NCBI GenBank assembly: GCA_002633005.1
Contig: NMRA01000295.1
Span: forward strand, 252,240-316,239
Direction: 5' to 3'
Length of the DNA: 64,000 nucleotides
From: Phoronis australis
Taxonomy: Eukaryota; Animalia; Phoronida
Within the stretch, counting starts at the first letter, position 1; each line of letters starts with the position of its first letter. Below are positions 1 through 13,200 of this stretch, in pieces. Made by a program: the position numbers and the translations under genes. Under the pieces are notes generated by a model that made no database searches, was not told the origin of the DNA, and saw nothing but the letters and a program-made list of their open reading frames with translations.

Positions 1-23
1 GGAGGGGTAGACGTAATACTTAC

Positions 24-163
24 TTCCTCTGCGTTGAAGACAGACCTAGTGGTCGCCCGCGCAAAAGGCAAGTCTGCAGTGTCAGGACTTTTGCACTTGC
101 TGACTGTAGCACTGTCGCCAGCTTTTCCTAGCGCATGAATAGGGTACACTAGCGTACATGTAC
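24..163 (-). CDS. Candidate internal exon of an unidentified gene continuing left of the window
   Basis: ctgcag acceptor, GAA|GTAAGT donor, open frame TCTLVYPIHALGKAGDSATVSKCKSPDTADLPFARATTRSVFNAEE; no recognised homology. Confidence 0.35.
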
Positions 164-2450
164 CTGCAGTTATACGTATACGTTACATGTTAAAAAAATG
201 AAAAATGTGGTGTACTGCGTCTACCTGCGTCTGCGCAGCAATAGTTAAGACCACTGACCATAGTGAATCTTTGCAGCTTTTATAAAATATGTTTGGTGTT
301 TGTCCACAGCTGCATTTTACCACCGTTTCGCTTCGTTTTTGTTTTCGTTTTATGCAATTTTTCACAAAAAATCACATAAGTCATATTTTTAGATAGCCCC
401 TTATGCAAAAGTTTTATAGCTGTGCATTAAGCATGACACTCGGAAGTTTCAAGTGAATCCGCTCAGTCAACTGTTCCCAAAGTTGACGAAAACAACGATT
501 TTCTAGTGTCCTACAAAACCGCAACATTTTTACTCTACAGAAAGTAGTTCCCTTGCTTAACCAACTGTGCCGGGAGCAAAGGTCATTATTTTGCATGGTA
601 ATGAGCTCGGAGGCTCTCCAGCGACGCATTCACTTAGATTGTCTTGTGCTGATTAGCAATTAATGTGCCCCAAGGTCAAACCTGGTATCCTGCCTCTAAC
701 GGAGAGACAGGACTCGTAGAAATGCACAGAGATTATAAAATGCTTCTTTCTCAAAACGATGGACACTTTCTTTTACCAATTATCATAAAGGCATTGACAA
801 AGCATAATATTTGTTGTGAGCAGTAAAATGCATTTTGAGGCAAAACACTTGACTGTAAGTCATCACCAGATAGGATTGAAAGACACACGGTTTTCGTGAT
901 TTAATAAATGAGTAAATGAACATGGCTCATTTTGTAAACTAACGCAGAAAAACTCGATAAATGGCAATCATTTTACCCCCACACAAAATTTCAAAACAGC
1001 TTTCTACCTCAATTTTATTTCACGTAGCGTTGTGGGAACTGTAACGCACCAAATAGGTTAACAAATTTTGACATTATTAGTTCTTAATTAAGGCTATTTT
1101 GCTCTGTGAATTTAAAGTTCTTTATACTTAGACTTCCTTGCATTTTAATTCGTTGGTTTTCTCATCATAATTAAAAATGGTAATTTCAGGCAATTCAACG
1201 CGGAATTAAATCCCAAGCGTACAAAATGTGCTTTTTCTCCAAATCCATCTGGTTATAATAAAATATCGCTATGTCTCAAGGCTCCAGTCCAAGTATTCTT
1301 CGTCTTTTCCGTATTAGATTTCAGACCAGAAAAAGAGATCTGAGTTTCGCGACAATAGAGGACGCTGAATTTGGCGTGAAGTTTCCGTAATGAACAAATC
1401 CCTCTAGTGTTGGAAGCTACTGTGTAGAAACTCGCACATACATAGGTGGCGTTAATCAAACTATAATCGAAAGCTAGGATACCGATACGTCAAGACCCAC
1501 CTCCATTTTCCCGTTAGTTGTCTTGCAAATTTACAACTCAAGTTATTGTGTATCTTTTGAAAAATATTGTCGAGTCGTTGAACAAATAAACATCCCAGGA
1601 TTGTTCATTTGTTGGAATTCTGTCACAAGTAACAACATTGACACGAGTGGTAAGACGTGTAGCTACTTGAAAAAAATAAATTATCTTGCAAAAAAGAATC
1701 AACAAAACACAACTGAATTTCACCTAACAAGAATCCAATTGCTAAAAATGCGTATCGTCCTACTTTAAGTTGAGATAACTATCAAAATTCCTCTTTCACT
1801 ACAGGAAACTTTGCATCGTTACGTTCACTAAGTTTTAAAGACGCGAGCACGTCATCCGCCAGTGTCCCATCCTCTGCCAAATGGCAGTTGATGGTATTGA
1901 AGGTGAGTTGATGAAGTGGATCGATCCAATGCTTCAGTGTTTTACAGTGGCCGTCCAGCCGATTTCATAACAGTGGCCGTCCAGCCGATCTCCTAAGGGG
2001 GGGAGGGGGGGCGGCCACATTTTGTCTTGTAGACAATCGCGCAATCGTAGAGGCGCCTAATGCCGAATGGGGGAAGGTCGGGAGGGGGATTTCCCCGTCC
2101 GCCCAGGGGAAAATTTTGTTTTTGCCTCTGAAAACAAGCATTTTCCTTGATTTCTGAAGTATAATCAGCCCTCGATGACTCTACTTTGGCTAGGTCACTA
2201 TTTGCGACTAGCGAGCGCGGCAAAATCCCACGACCCAGACCGCATTCTGGAATCCGACGTCACAGCATGAAAAATTTTCAGCTCATCAAGTCGCCACTAA
2301 AAATGCCCTTGATTGTAGATATTCACCAGCTTTACGTAATTTTTTGTCCCGATGGTGAACAAATACACAAGCAGACTTGTTTTAAAGCATTTAACCAGTT
2401 TAACCGCGGTATTGCCACTTGAGATATAAAACTGGAATATTCGTAAAATT

Positions 2451-2510
2451 ACGAGGACTCGAACTCACGACCTATTGGTTAAAGCGCGCTCTTCCATTGC
2501 GCCACCAGCT
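2451..2510 (-). mobile_element. tRNA-derived SINE head / tRNA-like relic
   Basis: Minus strand agctggTGGCGCAATGGaagagcgcg...gtcgtGAGTTCGAGTCCtc (A and B boxes); anticodon arm too short for a real tRNA. Confidence 0.6.
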
Positions 2511-3247
2511 TCTGTTTCGTCATCGTCACTCAGCTTACGTTTTCACTGCACAGAATGGTAGTACGCAGCGCATCTGCCGGTCGCCTGGGATATCACGCAC
2601 AATCGGCCGAGAGCCGCATTACTTTGCCACAGTTACCGTTACGATTGCGGGGAATGTCTGAATCGGACACACACGCACACACGAACTAAAACTCCACACT
2701 TTGTCAAACCTTATTTCGGCCGTATAATGTTAATTACTTGGGTTAATTAATAAACTCACTATTTCCTTACACAGAGGTTCATCGTTAAGTGTTTGGGACT
2801 GGAGATATTTCAAGTTCTAGCCATTTCTGTTAAGCCAGACGTGTTAATCGAGTTGTTTCATCCGTCAGACCGACAGCCTCCCGTTAGACGATACTCAGGG
2901 TTCTATGACTGAGGACGACGGGAATCTCGTTGATGACTTCATGGCGGAAGCAAAACACAATCTGTTGTTTAAAGTAAGTCGACAATGACGAACACAGATA
3001 AAATTTGTCTGCATTCAGAAGAGCGCATCTCGACTGATCGGTATGCAATGTTACAAGAATCCGATGAATACCCTCATGTTCTGGAAATTTGATAACTATA
3101 AACTTCAGAGTTAAACAACAAAATAATAGCTATAATGCACTCCAACTTATTATTAAACTAGTTAACTTCGACATTCTGATATTAGAGTGACATGAAAGAG
3201 CTTGCAATAACTAGCTTAAGCATGAGTACACTCACACTTAGTGACCA

Positions 3248-3488
3248 GGGGCCTGTTCGAAGAAACTTAAGTTCATTTTTGACTTAAGTTTAAGATTTGT
3301 CTTAAATTCCAAGCTTTGAAACTATTCGGTAAGTTAGTTAAAATTAAGACAAAACTTATGTCACACACTTAAGTCCAACTTTCGATCTCTTCCTTGAATT
3401 GGTTTTGAGACAAATTTAACTTGTATATTAAAATTTACTAAAATTTAAGATTTGTCTTAGCTAAGTCTGTTTTGTTGGAACGGGCCCC
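3248..3488. mobile_element. MITE family A, copy 1 (GGGGCC(C/T)GTTC termini, Harbinger-like)
   Basis: TIRs ggggcctgttc / gaacgggcccc; internal cttaag motifs; inverted homolog at 11841-12069. Confidence 0.7.
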
Positions 3489-3738
3489 ACGTTAATAATT
3501 TGACGTGCATGTAATAATTAAAACTGCGCTGCAATGTCAACGTAGTAACCATCCTTCATCAGTATGTGGGAAGGACGCCCTCTTTGTGTTATCTGTATAA
3601 CTAATAAGCAACTCTGGATTGCTTTTGAAATCTACGGTGCGATTGCATGGTATACATTACAACAACAAAATTCGTGCTTACAAAGTCGTATACTTTCTAC
3701 CTTACAAATACACTTACTTCCGGCAAGAAAATTGATAA

Positions 3739-4201
3739 TTACTGCACCCTTAGTTTCACAAGGATGATAAACAAACAAGCAAACACCAGAGTGGAGAGCT
3801 CGTAACTTCGAGCGATGGCTCCGGAAATTTTGCCCTCACAGATTTCTTCATAGTCGCAAGGTTTCTCCAGCTCTTTCATTAACACATCAAGATCGCACAG
3901 CGTCTCTGAACAACCAAATATTTTCTGCTCTTCCTCGTTGATGGTCAACTTGAATTTAAAGTCAGATCCACATTTGAACGCAAAAATACCGATACCCGTT
4001 GCCATGGGGATATTTCTGGAACTCCGGAAACGACGATTAGACAGAGTCTGTTTCTTCCCCTTGTAGTCGCTCCCCTTTAGTGGAGCAATTGGTGACTCAT
4101 CTTTGAAGAGTCCCAGGCGCGTCTGTGTCGTCATCAGCGTGTACGAGTGCCCAAAGCGTAGGACCCCTTTCTGTGCGTTCGCCGATCCGTCTTTGGCCAG
4201 T
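3739..4201 (-). CDS. MINPP1: MINPP1-like exon 8 (terminal coding exon)
   Basis: GVLRFGHSYTLMTTQTRLGLFKD...RRFRSSRNIPMA...hydrophobic tail; TAA at 3741-3739. Confidence 0.9.
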
Positions 4202-7200
4202 CTGAAATAATCACAATTAAGTTGTTGCTAGCACGCAGTCTTTTGAATTGGGCGAGGGATACCACTACCATTTCGTCAGCACACAAAATTATTGCAATTA
4301 TCCCCTACTATATGCAACGTATGGTTATTCTACTTTTATTTTTGTTGCCAACGACAATCGGATTTCTATGGGCAACAAGGTAATTCAGATGATAATCAAA
4401 GGAATCAGAAAATAATCTCTTCACATTGACAACCCAAAATTCAATAGGTGGCGTTAGTGTGACTAGTAAAAGTTTTTCCTATTTACTTCGTAAACCTAAC
4501 ACTTATCAGCGCATTCTGTCTCATAATTTCCACAGTGAAAGCAGCTGCTTTATTTTCATGCGAAAAAGTATGACGTCACAACTTGGCGAAATAAAGTCCC
4601 CAAGTAAACTGCAGAATGGTGAATGTTGGCCAAAACCCTTTTGTCCACTTGACGTCACACGCATGCTAGCGCCTCCCGGTGGAGGTTATGAGACTCAGTT
4701 CGAACTGGTGGCCTGTCCTAGTGCAGAGCCTGCAGTTTGTTTACACAACTGGTAACTCGACTCGGGATGATGACACCATTTGTATCAAAGATACTCTACA
4801 CTGATATATTTGTTTGTATGCCAGGCCACAGTGCTGTTCTTCTTGAATGGACTTATTGACAGATATTTAGGCAAATCTTTGGCAAATGAGAGTCGATTTT
4901 GAACAAAAACATACCAGTTTGGTCGACATAACTTTCAAAATTTTAAAGAAAAATAAAATAACCGAATGCTAGGCCACCTTCCACTCACAGACAGCAGAAG
5001 TACGTCTTATCACTGCCGTAAATCATGATTAGCTGAAACGTACAATAAAAAGAAAGGCAGATATGGCCGCCTTTTTGTTAAGGCATACCAATTATTGCCT
5101 AAACACATTCTCTTCAACAAAAATTGCATTTGCAAGAAATAACTTGTAGTTTGGATGTGTTTTACTTACAAAACTGTTGTGCGTTTTAGGCGAATGAGAT
5201 TTCAGAACATAATTTCGGCTTTCGCCATAGACGTTACATTCTTGAGTAACTTGACACTGTGAACGCCCTCGATTGTGTACAATGAAGCTGGTATCCAAGG
5301 TAGACACTTAAAAATCAAGAACTACCGCGGATACCAGACTAACAGATCCGCCGTCCTTCGAAATTTGTTTTGTGGACAGATCTCATCAAGAGCTATTTGC
5401 ACGATCTGCTTTCTAAACGACATATTCTTCGCAAGTTATTCCAGATTTCTAGGCAACATGGGGTTCCATGTAAAGCAGTGAAAGTGTAATGACTCAGGGG
5501 CCTAGTGAGTTGATCGCATCGCTAAAGCTAGACCGTTCGCTGTAAATTGGCGATGTAGAGACTTGTCAAATAAAATTCCAGGTTTCCGCACCTCTTTAAA
5601 AGCTGTTGTCTTACCAAACAAAAACTGCGCTCAGCAGTTGCATGTAACAAAAGAGCCGGATGTTATCAGAAGTTCAGATCCGGCGTGCGTTCATATAATG
5701 CCAGGACCTACGCTAGGACCTAGCTGAAATCGACTTTGAAAGTCACGTGTTCTCATTTAAAATACACGGCAATGTCTCTAGTAATCTAGTCGCGAAGTCT
5801 TGTGCAAATTTAAACATGCAACTTTTGATTTCATAGAATGCATTGGTTTGTGAAATCATTGGTCCCCCTCCCCCGGAACGATCAATCAATATTGTTGTTT
5901 GAAACCTCCTATACTGTAGCTGTGACCTAGTACTGTATATAGGTTCAATATATCAAGTTGCATTTTTTATCAAAATACCAGACCTCTACAAGTGCAACAG
6001 AGCGACGTAATCTGATTTTCGTTGTCATTGCAATCTACCAACTTTGATTAATGGAGCAATCTAATGGAAGCACAAATGGCTGGTCACGCATAAAGGATTT
6101 GTTATGGAGATACTCTTCTATACGACCTAACTAAACAAAATGCAACAATGAAACCTATCTCGTTCGAATTGACATCCTGCCTGGCACTGGCAATTCGGCT
6201 GATTCACCGTTCGAAAAGAGAGTCAGACGAGAGATGCTTAAAAGTTTGCCTTAACATCCGTATAATCACTGATACAGGGGCGGATCCAGGTTTTTGAGTT
6301 AGGGGGGCCAGGGCAGAGTATTAGCCAGGATTTTGCCGGTCAGACATTCGCAGCCCCGAACTGCCAAATGGAAGCTGGGAAAATTTTAGGGCGGGCCATG
6401 GCCCCCTTCTCCCCCCATAAATCCGCCACTGTGATACATGGCTGCCCAGATAAAACTGATTGCTGGCTGACTACTCGACAAAATCAGCAGTCATTTGGAT
6501 TCATGTTGTGAGGATGCTTTTATTTTCCACACCAACCATACACAATAGGCACTTAAATTCAATATTCGTCATATGGTGAGTACTAAATATTTTTTGCAGG
6601 ACTCTTCCTAAATTTGCCATGGAACCATAAAACGAATACCGCTGAATAGATGATTTTATGTTCTTAATCTGGCACTGACATTACGTAATATTTCGATGGT
6701 TCAGTTTTCACAGTGTAATCAAGGAGTGTAATACAAAGTACTACACATACTCATTGACAAGAGGTCTTAACAATCTAAACATGTACATACTTCAGGAATT
6801 TTGCAATGTCCTTAGTCAACGGACACGTGGTCTTGGGGTTAATGGAGTTGCCGTAACTAGCGTAATAGTAGTCGATGATGTCACTCCTGTATTCCAATGC
6901 CTCCAACTCGTCCCGTGTAAAAGCCGCGCACCAGGGTGAACCAGACTGGTTTCGTGGGATCGGATCTTTCGAGTCGGGCACACCGAATATGATATGGTCG
7001 TAGGCGCACATTTTGTAGATAGATTCCAGGGAGGCTGCACGTGTGAATGGTTAAACAAATTCCATAAACAATCAAATAACAAATACTACAAAAACGGAGA
7101 GGTGCTACCATAAACGAGGAACTTCTCTTTGAGTCCGGTGTGTGGTAAAAACAAATTATTTGAAGTTAAAGTGGCTACATAAAAGTTTGTTATGTGAACT

Positions 7201-10200
7201 GCATTGTCTGATAATATTTAATAATCATCCAAACAAACTTGTACACGTCATAGGTTACTATAGGTCAGTGCTCCTGCAATACTAATGTCGCGTAATGAGA
7301 ATCCATTCGTGAGCCAAATGGGAAAATACTAAGTGCGTAAATTTGAGACGAGCAAATGTATTATTACGTGCATGATATGCGAACGTAAACTGAAACTTTT
7401 TCGCGCCTATCTTACGAACGTAACCGTCTTGATTGAACAGAGCGGTCACTTTCAAAGCACAACAAACTGTTGATGAGATCACAGCCTCAGTTTCAGTTGA
7501 AGTTATGTAGGAACCAAGGAAATGTCCAAATTTGATTTACTTTGGAACGTTTTTGCAGAAAATGTGCAACTTCAAACGTGGGAACTTCTAAATAGTGAAT
7601 TAGAAATACTTTATTTTGTCATACAAGGAAAAAATTGAATTGCCATGTGGAAGTATCACGAAGTGTTCCCTTTAGCCCATGGACAATTATGCATGTTGCA
7701 CCCGTTGGGATAATCAACGCGGTTCAGTTTTCATATTCCGGAAAAGTGATGCGCTTTCGAACAAAAATCCTTTGGCTCGCTTTTTAAACTACAATCTGCT
7801 ACGTAGAAATCCATGTTTCCAACTCCAATCTTTGTTATAATTTAATAAACATCGTTATGCGCAATGGCACTCATTCATTTGCAGGTGTTGCACGTGGATG
7901 GCGCTGTGAGAACGCAAATTACTACATACAGATGACTTAATTTTTTGGGAAAGCAAAATCTTGTCCTTTGTCAAAGCCACAGGGTAGGATATAATCCTTT
8001 CGACACCTTACAAGTAAAATTGCCAATTTTGCGGGTTTCTTTAATTGGCATTTGGTCAGTGTCCGATGTCACGCAACCGTTATGTACATTCAATCGCTAC
8101 ACAGTTCTCATCACTCGATTATTCATTTACGATTTACAAATTACGAGCCGACAGAAAGATTTTTATTTTACACATAAACAATTTCATATAATGTATTAAT
8201 GGGAACGGGACTCTTAAATGGACATTGTCGTTTTTACGGCTCAAAAAACGGGATTATCGTTGGAAGGGATAGAATTTTTAGCTCTGACAAAAGTTATGAA
8301 ACAAAAAGCAAATCTGTTGCATTTTTGTGATTTTATTCAACTCGACATTGTCTGTCAGGCATTCGCTGAAATCGAGGCCGGTGACGTCACCAGCCAAACA
8401 CGATGAAATTAAACTACCACTTCTCAACATGTATATGGGCAACTAATAAATTATATTCGTGAATTACACACGTGGAACAAAACATTTACTCATATAATTT
8501 ACACAAGTAACAACGCAATTACGTAATTTACGTGTACGTAATAATAATTCACTTGAGTAATTTGCGTACTCAACATTCACCCAATTGGCTGATGAAAACT
8601 ATAACAATTATTATTCAACTCAATGCAACTTCACTTCAAATACAAGATACATGTAAAATAAATTTTGCTAAATTGAATTTGGAAGCGTGAAGTACTTACA
8701 AAAATCCAAAGTTTTGTTCAAGCCAAGCCTCTTCGAAACTGAAGACAAGACGTCTTTCATAGCATCAGACTGATCAAACACGCCCTGTTCTGTAACAGGA
8801 ACTTTATACACTTTCTGAAACGGGCAAAGTGAAGAAAAGTTAGCGCATTCACAATTTGTGCAACACTGTGTCGATAAGGGCACGATACACGCGTACGCGA
8901 TATTCTGAACCAGTCTATGTATTTCGTGGAAGACTCAGAGGATGTAACACCTCGCTTGATGCAATGTTTTTGTGTTCGTCAGTTTCGGGGTGTCTAGGTG
9001 ATAGCTACGATGACATTCATGAATGTACTATGAAGTTAAATTCACTTGATTAGTAATATATACACAACCATGACGCAGAAATTTACAAATGTTGTACAGA
9101 ATGTCTTTGACGTACATACATGTATACAACCACACGCGTTGGAATAGGTATATTGTCGTTTACGTTATTTCAAAAATCTTGTATGATGTGACAAAACGTT
9201 TCAAGAAAGAAGTATTCCGCTTTGTCAACAGTGAAAGGCATGTCTTTTCATTATCTGCAGTCAAAGTGATTAAACACGATGTCCAAGGGGTTTCGTCACG
9301 CGTCTGTGTTGTACGATGTAACGTGCGACAAATGTAGCTTAAAAGGTCGCTTATCCCCGTTTTATCGGTTTCAGCCAATCCTCATTGAGTCTCCCGTAAA
9401 TGCATCATTGGTGTCTCATTTGAGTGATCATAACCGGACTCAGCTACAACACTGACTCATTGGACCATGTATTGAATCCTGCTGTTATAGGTGAGGTATC
9501 TTTCCTCACGTCGTGTAACTCGTGTAAAGCGTTAGTCACACTTTTGACTTACCATAGGCCTGTTAAGAAGTTTCCAAAATTGTTCCAAACCCTGAAGTTA
9601 ATGAGGGTTGCAAAGCATTTTAATTTTAGAGAGCTAGACGGGAAACTAGGTGTCCACATTTATTAATAGCCCAAAATCGGGCTAAGTGCCCTTTTAATTA
9701 ACTTAGCATTTTATGCTCCCAAGCTGAACGGCGAACATTAACGGTCAGTTCCACCTAAGAAATTCCATCCAATCTGCTTGATGAACAGGTTGAGATCAGT
9801 CTGCAGCTGCAGGAGGTCTAAGTCAGAAGTCAATTTTCCACGCAGGACAGGGGCGGATCCAGGATTTTGAGTTAAGGGGGGGCAGGGCAGAGTATTAGCC
9901 AGGATTTTGCCCGTCAGACAATCGCACCCCTGAACTGCCAAATGGAGAATGCAGAATTTTAGGAGGGCCATGGCCCCCTTGGCCCTCCTCTAAATCCACC
10001 ACTGGGACTGGTTCAAACCAGCTTTAATGAAGTGTGCACACATAAAGGTCAAATTCACGTTCCCCTGCAGCGCCCTTTTGTGACCAGAGTGGCTCACCCA
10101 TTGTGGAAAGTGTATCCGATTGCCAGTCGATAGTGGAGTATAATGCAAAATGGACGCAGGCCACATATCCACAGTTATCTACTGCATACTGAACTGTCAT

Positions 10201-13200
10201 TCGGCCGCATAACGTCTCGACTCACTTACGTTCTGCCAGTTGTCACAGAGAGAGTAGTATCGCAGCAAGTAGTCCTCATTTTTTGGCTTTTGTTCCAAAA
10301 CCAACTCGGCATCAAAAGAGTCATCGTAAAAGTCTGGAATTACAACACGACAGATTACGTAAGCGGTGGGGTGATGACGCAGGACTGTGATAAGCTCTGC
10401 GGGATATCGCCAGCATCCACTCGTTGGTCACGATTGGTAAAGCAAGATCGTTGGTGAAAACTAGTGTGATCACGTGCTTCGGCACTTGTGACACAGGGTG
10501 ATGTCTCTCGAACACTTGCGTGACCTTTCCTTGCTCGCAAGAAACTTGACTTGCTAAATGCAGTCATGGGAAGCGAAAACGCAAGAATTCATGTGATGTT
10601 GCTATGCATTACAACGGAAGGACGTGAGTGCACTCAGCTTATAACGTATTGCCTTTAGACTTATAGAGGTTTTCCAGTTCTGACAGAATTTATTTTTGCA
10701 ACAGAAAGGGTGACAGTGTCGACGTTTTGTATTTTACATTTGCTCAAAAACAAAAATATCAAGCAAATTAGGGATAATATTCTTAACGAGCTATTTGCCA
10801 CTTTAATCAAACTTTTGTTGCCTGAGTAACATAGTGTTTTTGCCGAACTTTTGTAGGAGTTTAAGTTCACGTGATTGCGCCTACCTGCTAATTATTTATG
10901 TATGAATGGACCGTCGTTATCGCTATACTGCAGCTTGCATGGAATAACATCTTGCATACAGTGCAACCACGGCAATTTTATTCTGATCATATTTAACAAA
11001 TATCAACAAAAATCTTAAAAGAAAACAACATGCAGAGTTCACAGTGGGGCTATTACACTTCGGCGACAACAACTTCCAAGACTAATGCAATTAGACGACG
11101 TTAATCCATGCGCGTACTCGGCCTAAAATATAGGGGGCTCGAATTTTTGAGAATGTGGACCTTTTACTGAAAATAAACGGGGTACGTTTAGAGCTATGTA
11201 TTGTGCATTCGCCGAATTAATGCCTTTTTAGTGGACTTTTTGTCCACTTTGCCAAATGGGGGAGGGCTCGTTCGAGCCTCTCCGAGCACCCCCCCCCCNN
11301 NNNNNNNNNNNNNNNNNNNNNNNCAGCATATGATAGGCGCACTCACGTAGAAGTTTTAAAAAACATTTTTAGATAAATCTACGTTAATTCGACTTACGGC
11401 ACTAAACATAAAACATAGCAAACCTGTAGATAGTATTAAGACTTTGAAAAGTCATCTTTCACTTATCTATGAGGGAAGTTCATTAAATGTTTTTCCGTGA
11501 CCCTAATTTGGGCAGCGTTCCCATCAGATCACACAAGGCGTTGCAAAATCACGCCAGTGATGGCAAATGTTTAGCAAGGCTTTTCAAGACTTTACTAGCA
11601 TAACCTAGCAAAATGGCGGCCAATGAAGTGATTGGTCGGTAAGGTAGGGATGTTGGATTTTGTGAATGAATTCTCGAATTATGTGACAGGAGCCACTCTT
11701 TCCATTCCATAAGGGAATTATTCCTCTGCAAGTGTATGGCTAATGTCTTTGGGCTACGGAACGTATCCTTTGTTATTGAAGATTGGAAGACTGAAACAGA
11801 GAACCCATTTTCAAGGGCAATGTAATAAATTGCAACGGTAGGGCCCGTCCCAAGAAAACTGACTTAGCTAAGACAAATCTTAAATGATAAAGCTTCAATT
11901 GTCTTAAGTCCATTCCAAAAGAGTAATCGCTAGTTTGACTTGAGTTTTTGGCTAAAGTTTTGTCTTAAAGTTAGAATAACCCTACAGGATATGGAAGTTT
12001 TAAAGTTTGGAAGTTGAAATAAATCTCAAGTTAAAAATGAGCTTAAGTCAGTTTCTTGGAATGGGCCCCAGGTACCTAGGTTGTAATTGTGTTCACAATG
12101 CGGTTGAGTGAAGGAAACATGGATGGGTTGAGTTTCCTTTGTTAAAAACGGAATTAGAAAGCCTACATGTTGGCTACAATTAATTGTAGCAAAACAAAAT
12201 TGATAAACTAGTTTTTAGTTTCAATTAAAAAGATATTAAAGCGACAACGCGCACAACCAATGAAGGCTTTTAAAACCCGGCTTAGAAATTCAATATATAT
12301 TAAATTATATGTCCACATAGCAATCAACACAGTTGTCTGTCAAGACTAAAAAAGAATAGACATTCAGCGTAGAACCAACCTTTTCCAAAAAGTCCTCTTG
12401 CAAAATACTTGGCACTAAACTTCGTTCGTTGCGTTTCCGTGTGACTTATTTTAAACTTATTCTTATCGTACGTTGTATTGAACAAGGACGCGAGCCTCTT
12501 CTTAAAACGCCCAGCTGTAACAAAGGTAGATATAGATTCAGGCCGTGAGAGAACAAAAGTTCATGTTGCACGCAGTTTTTAGCCATTATGAGATTTATCT
12601 GGCCAAACACGCGTCCCCCGAATACCAGAAATATCTTAAAATTTTCAAAAGTATGCCGGCATTGTTTGACTGCAACATCAACAGAAAACACATAAAGTGT
12701 CTTTGTGCAGATTAGCAAATCACAATTAAACCATTCAAAAGGTTTCATTTTAGGCTTGCAACATTGTGAGTCTACTAACGAGGAGTATGTACATATATAT
12801 ATATATATGTATAGAATACCAAAAGGTTTGAACTCGGCGTCATTTCGACCGTGGCTACTTCAATGAATATACTGTATTATGTGTAACTAGTAAATCATGT
12901 CTATGCAGGTGACAAACAATGAACCACAGAGGATGTTTTAAAACCCTACATTAGTAGACGTCTGACACCCGTTTCACCAAAGGTCAATAGCCCGTTCATA
13001 GGCAGACAATTCGATGAATGACATTACCGTTTTTACGGTCGAAAAGTTGTTGGGCGAGACGGACTTCTAGAAGACATTGGCTTAGGTCAGAGGTATAAAA
13101 CAATAAAATCTTGTTTTTTTTCTTCAGGTGCAAATCGCCAAGTCTCAACTGTTGTCACTAGCCGTAAATTCGTTGAAATCAAGGCCGGTGATTTACGCGT

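Noticed and set aside
11549-11790. Possible extra MINPP1 exon (tttcag acceptor, open frame)
   Set aside because: Exons 4 and 5 already join in frame with all conserved motifs; no good donor or homology.
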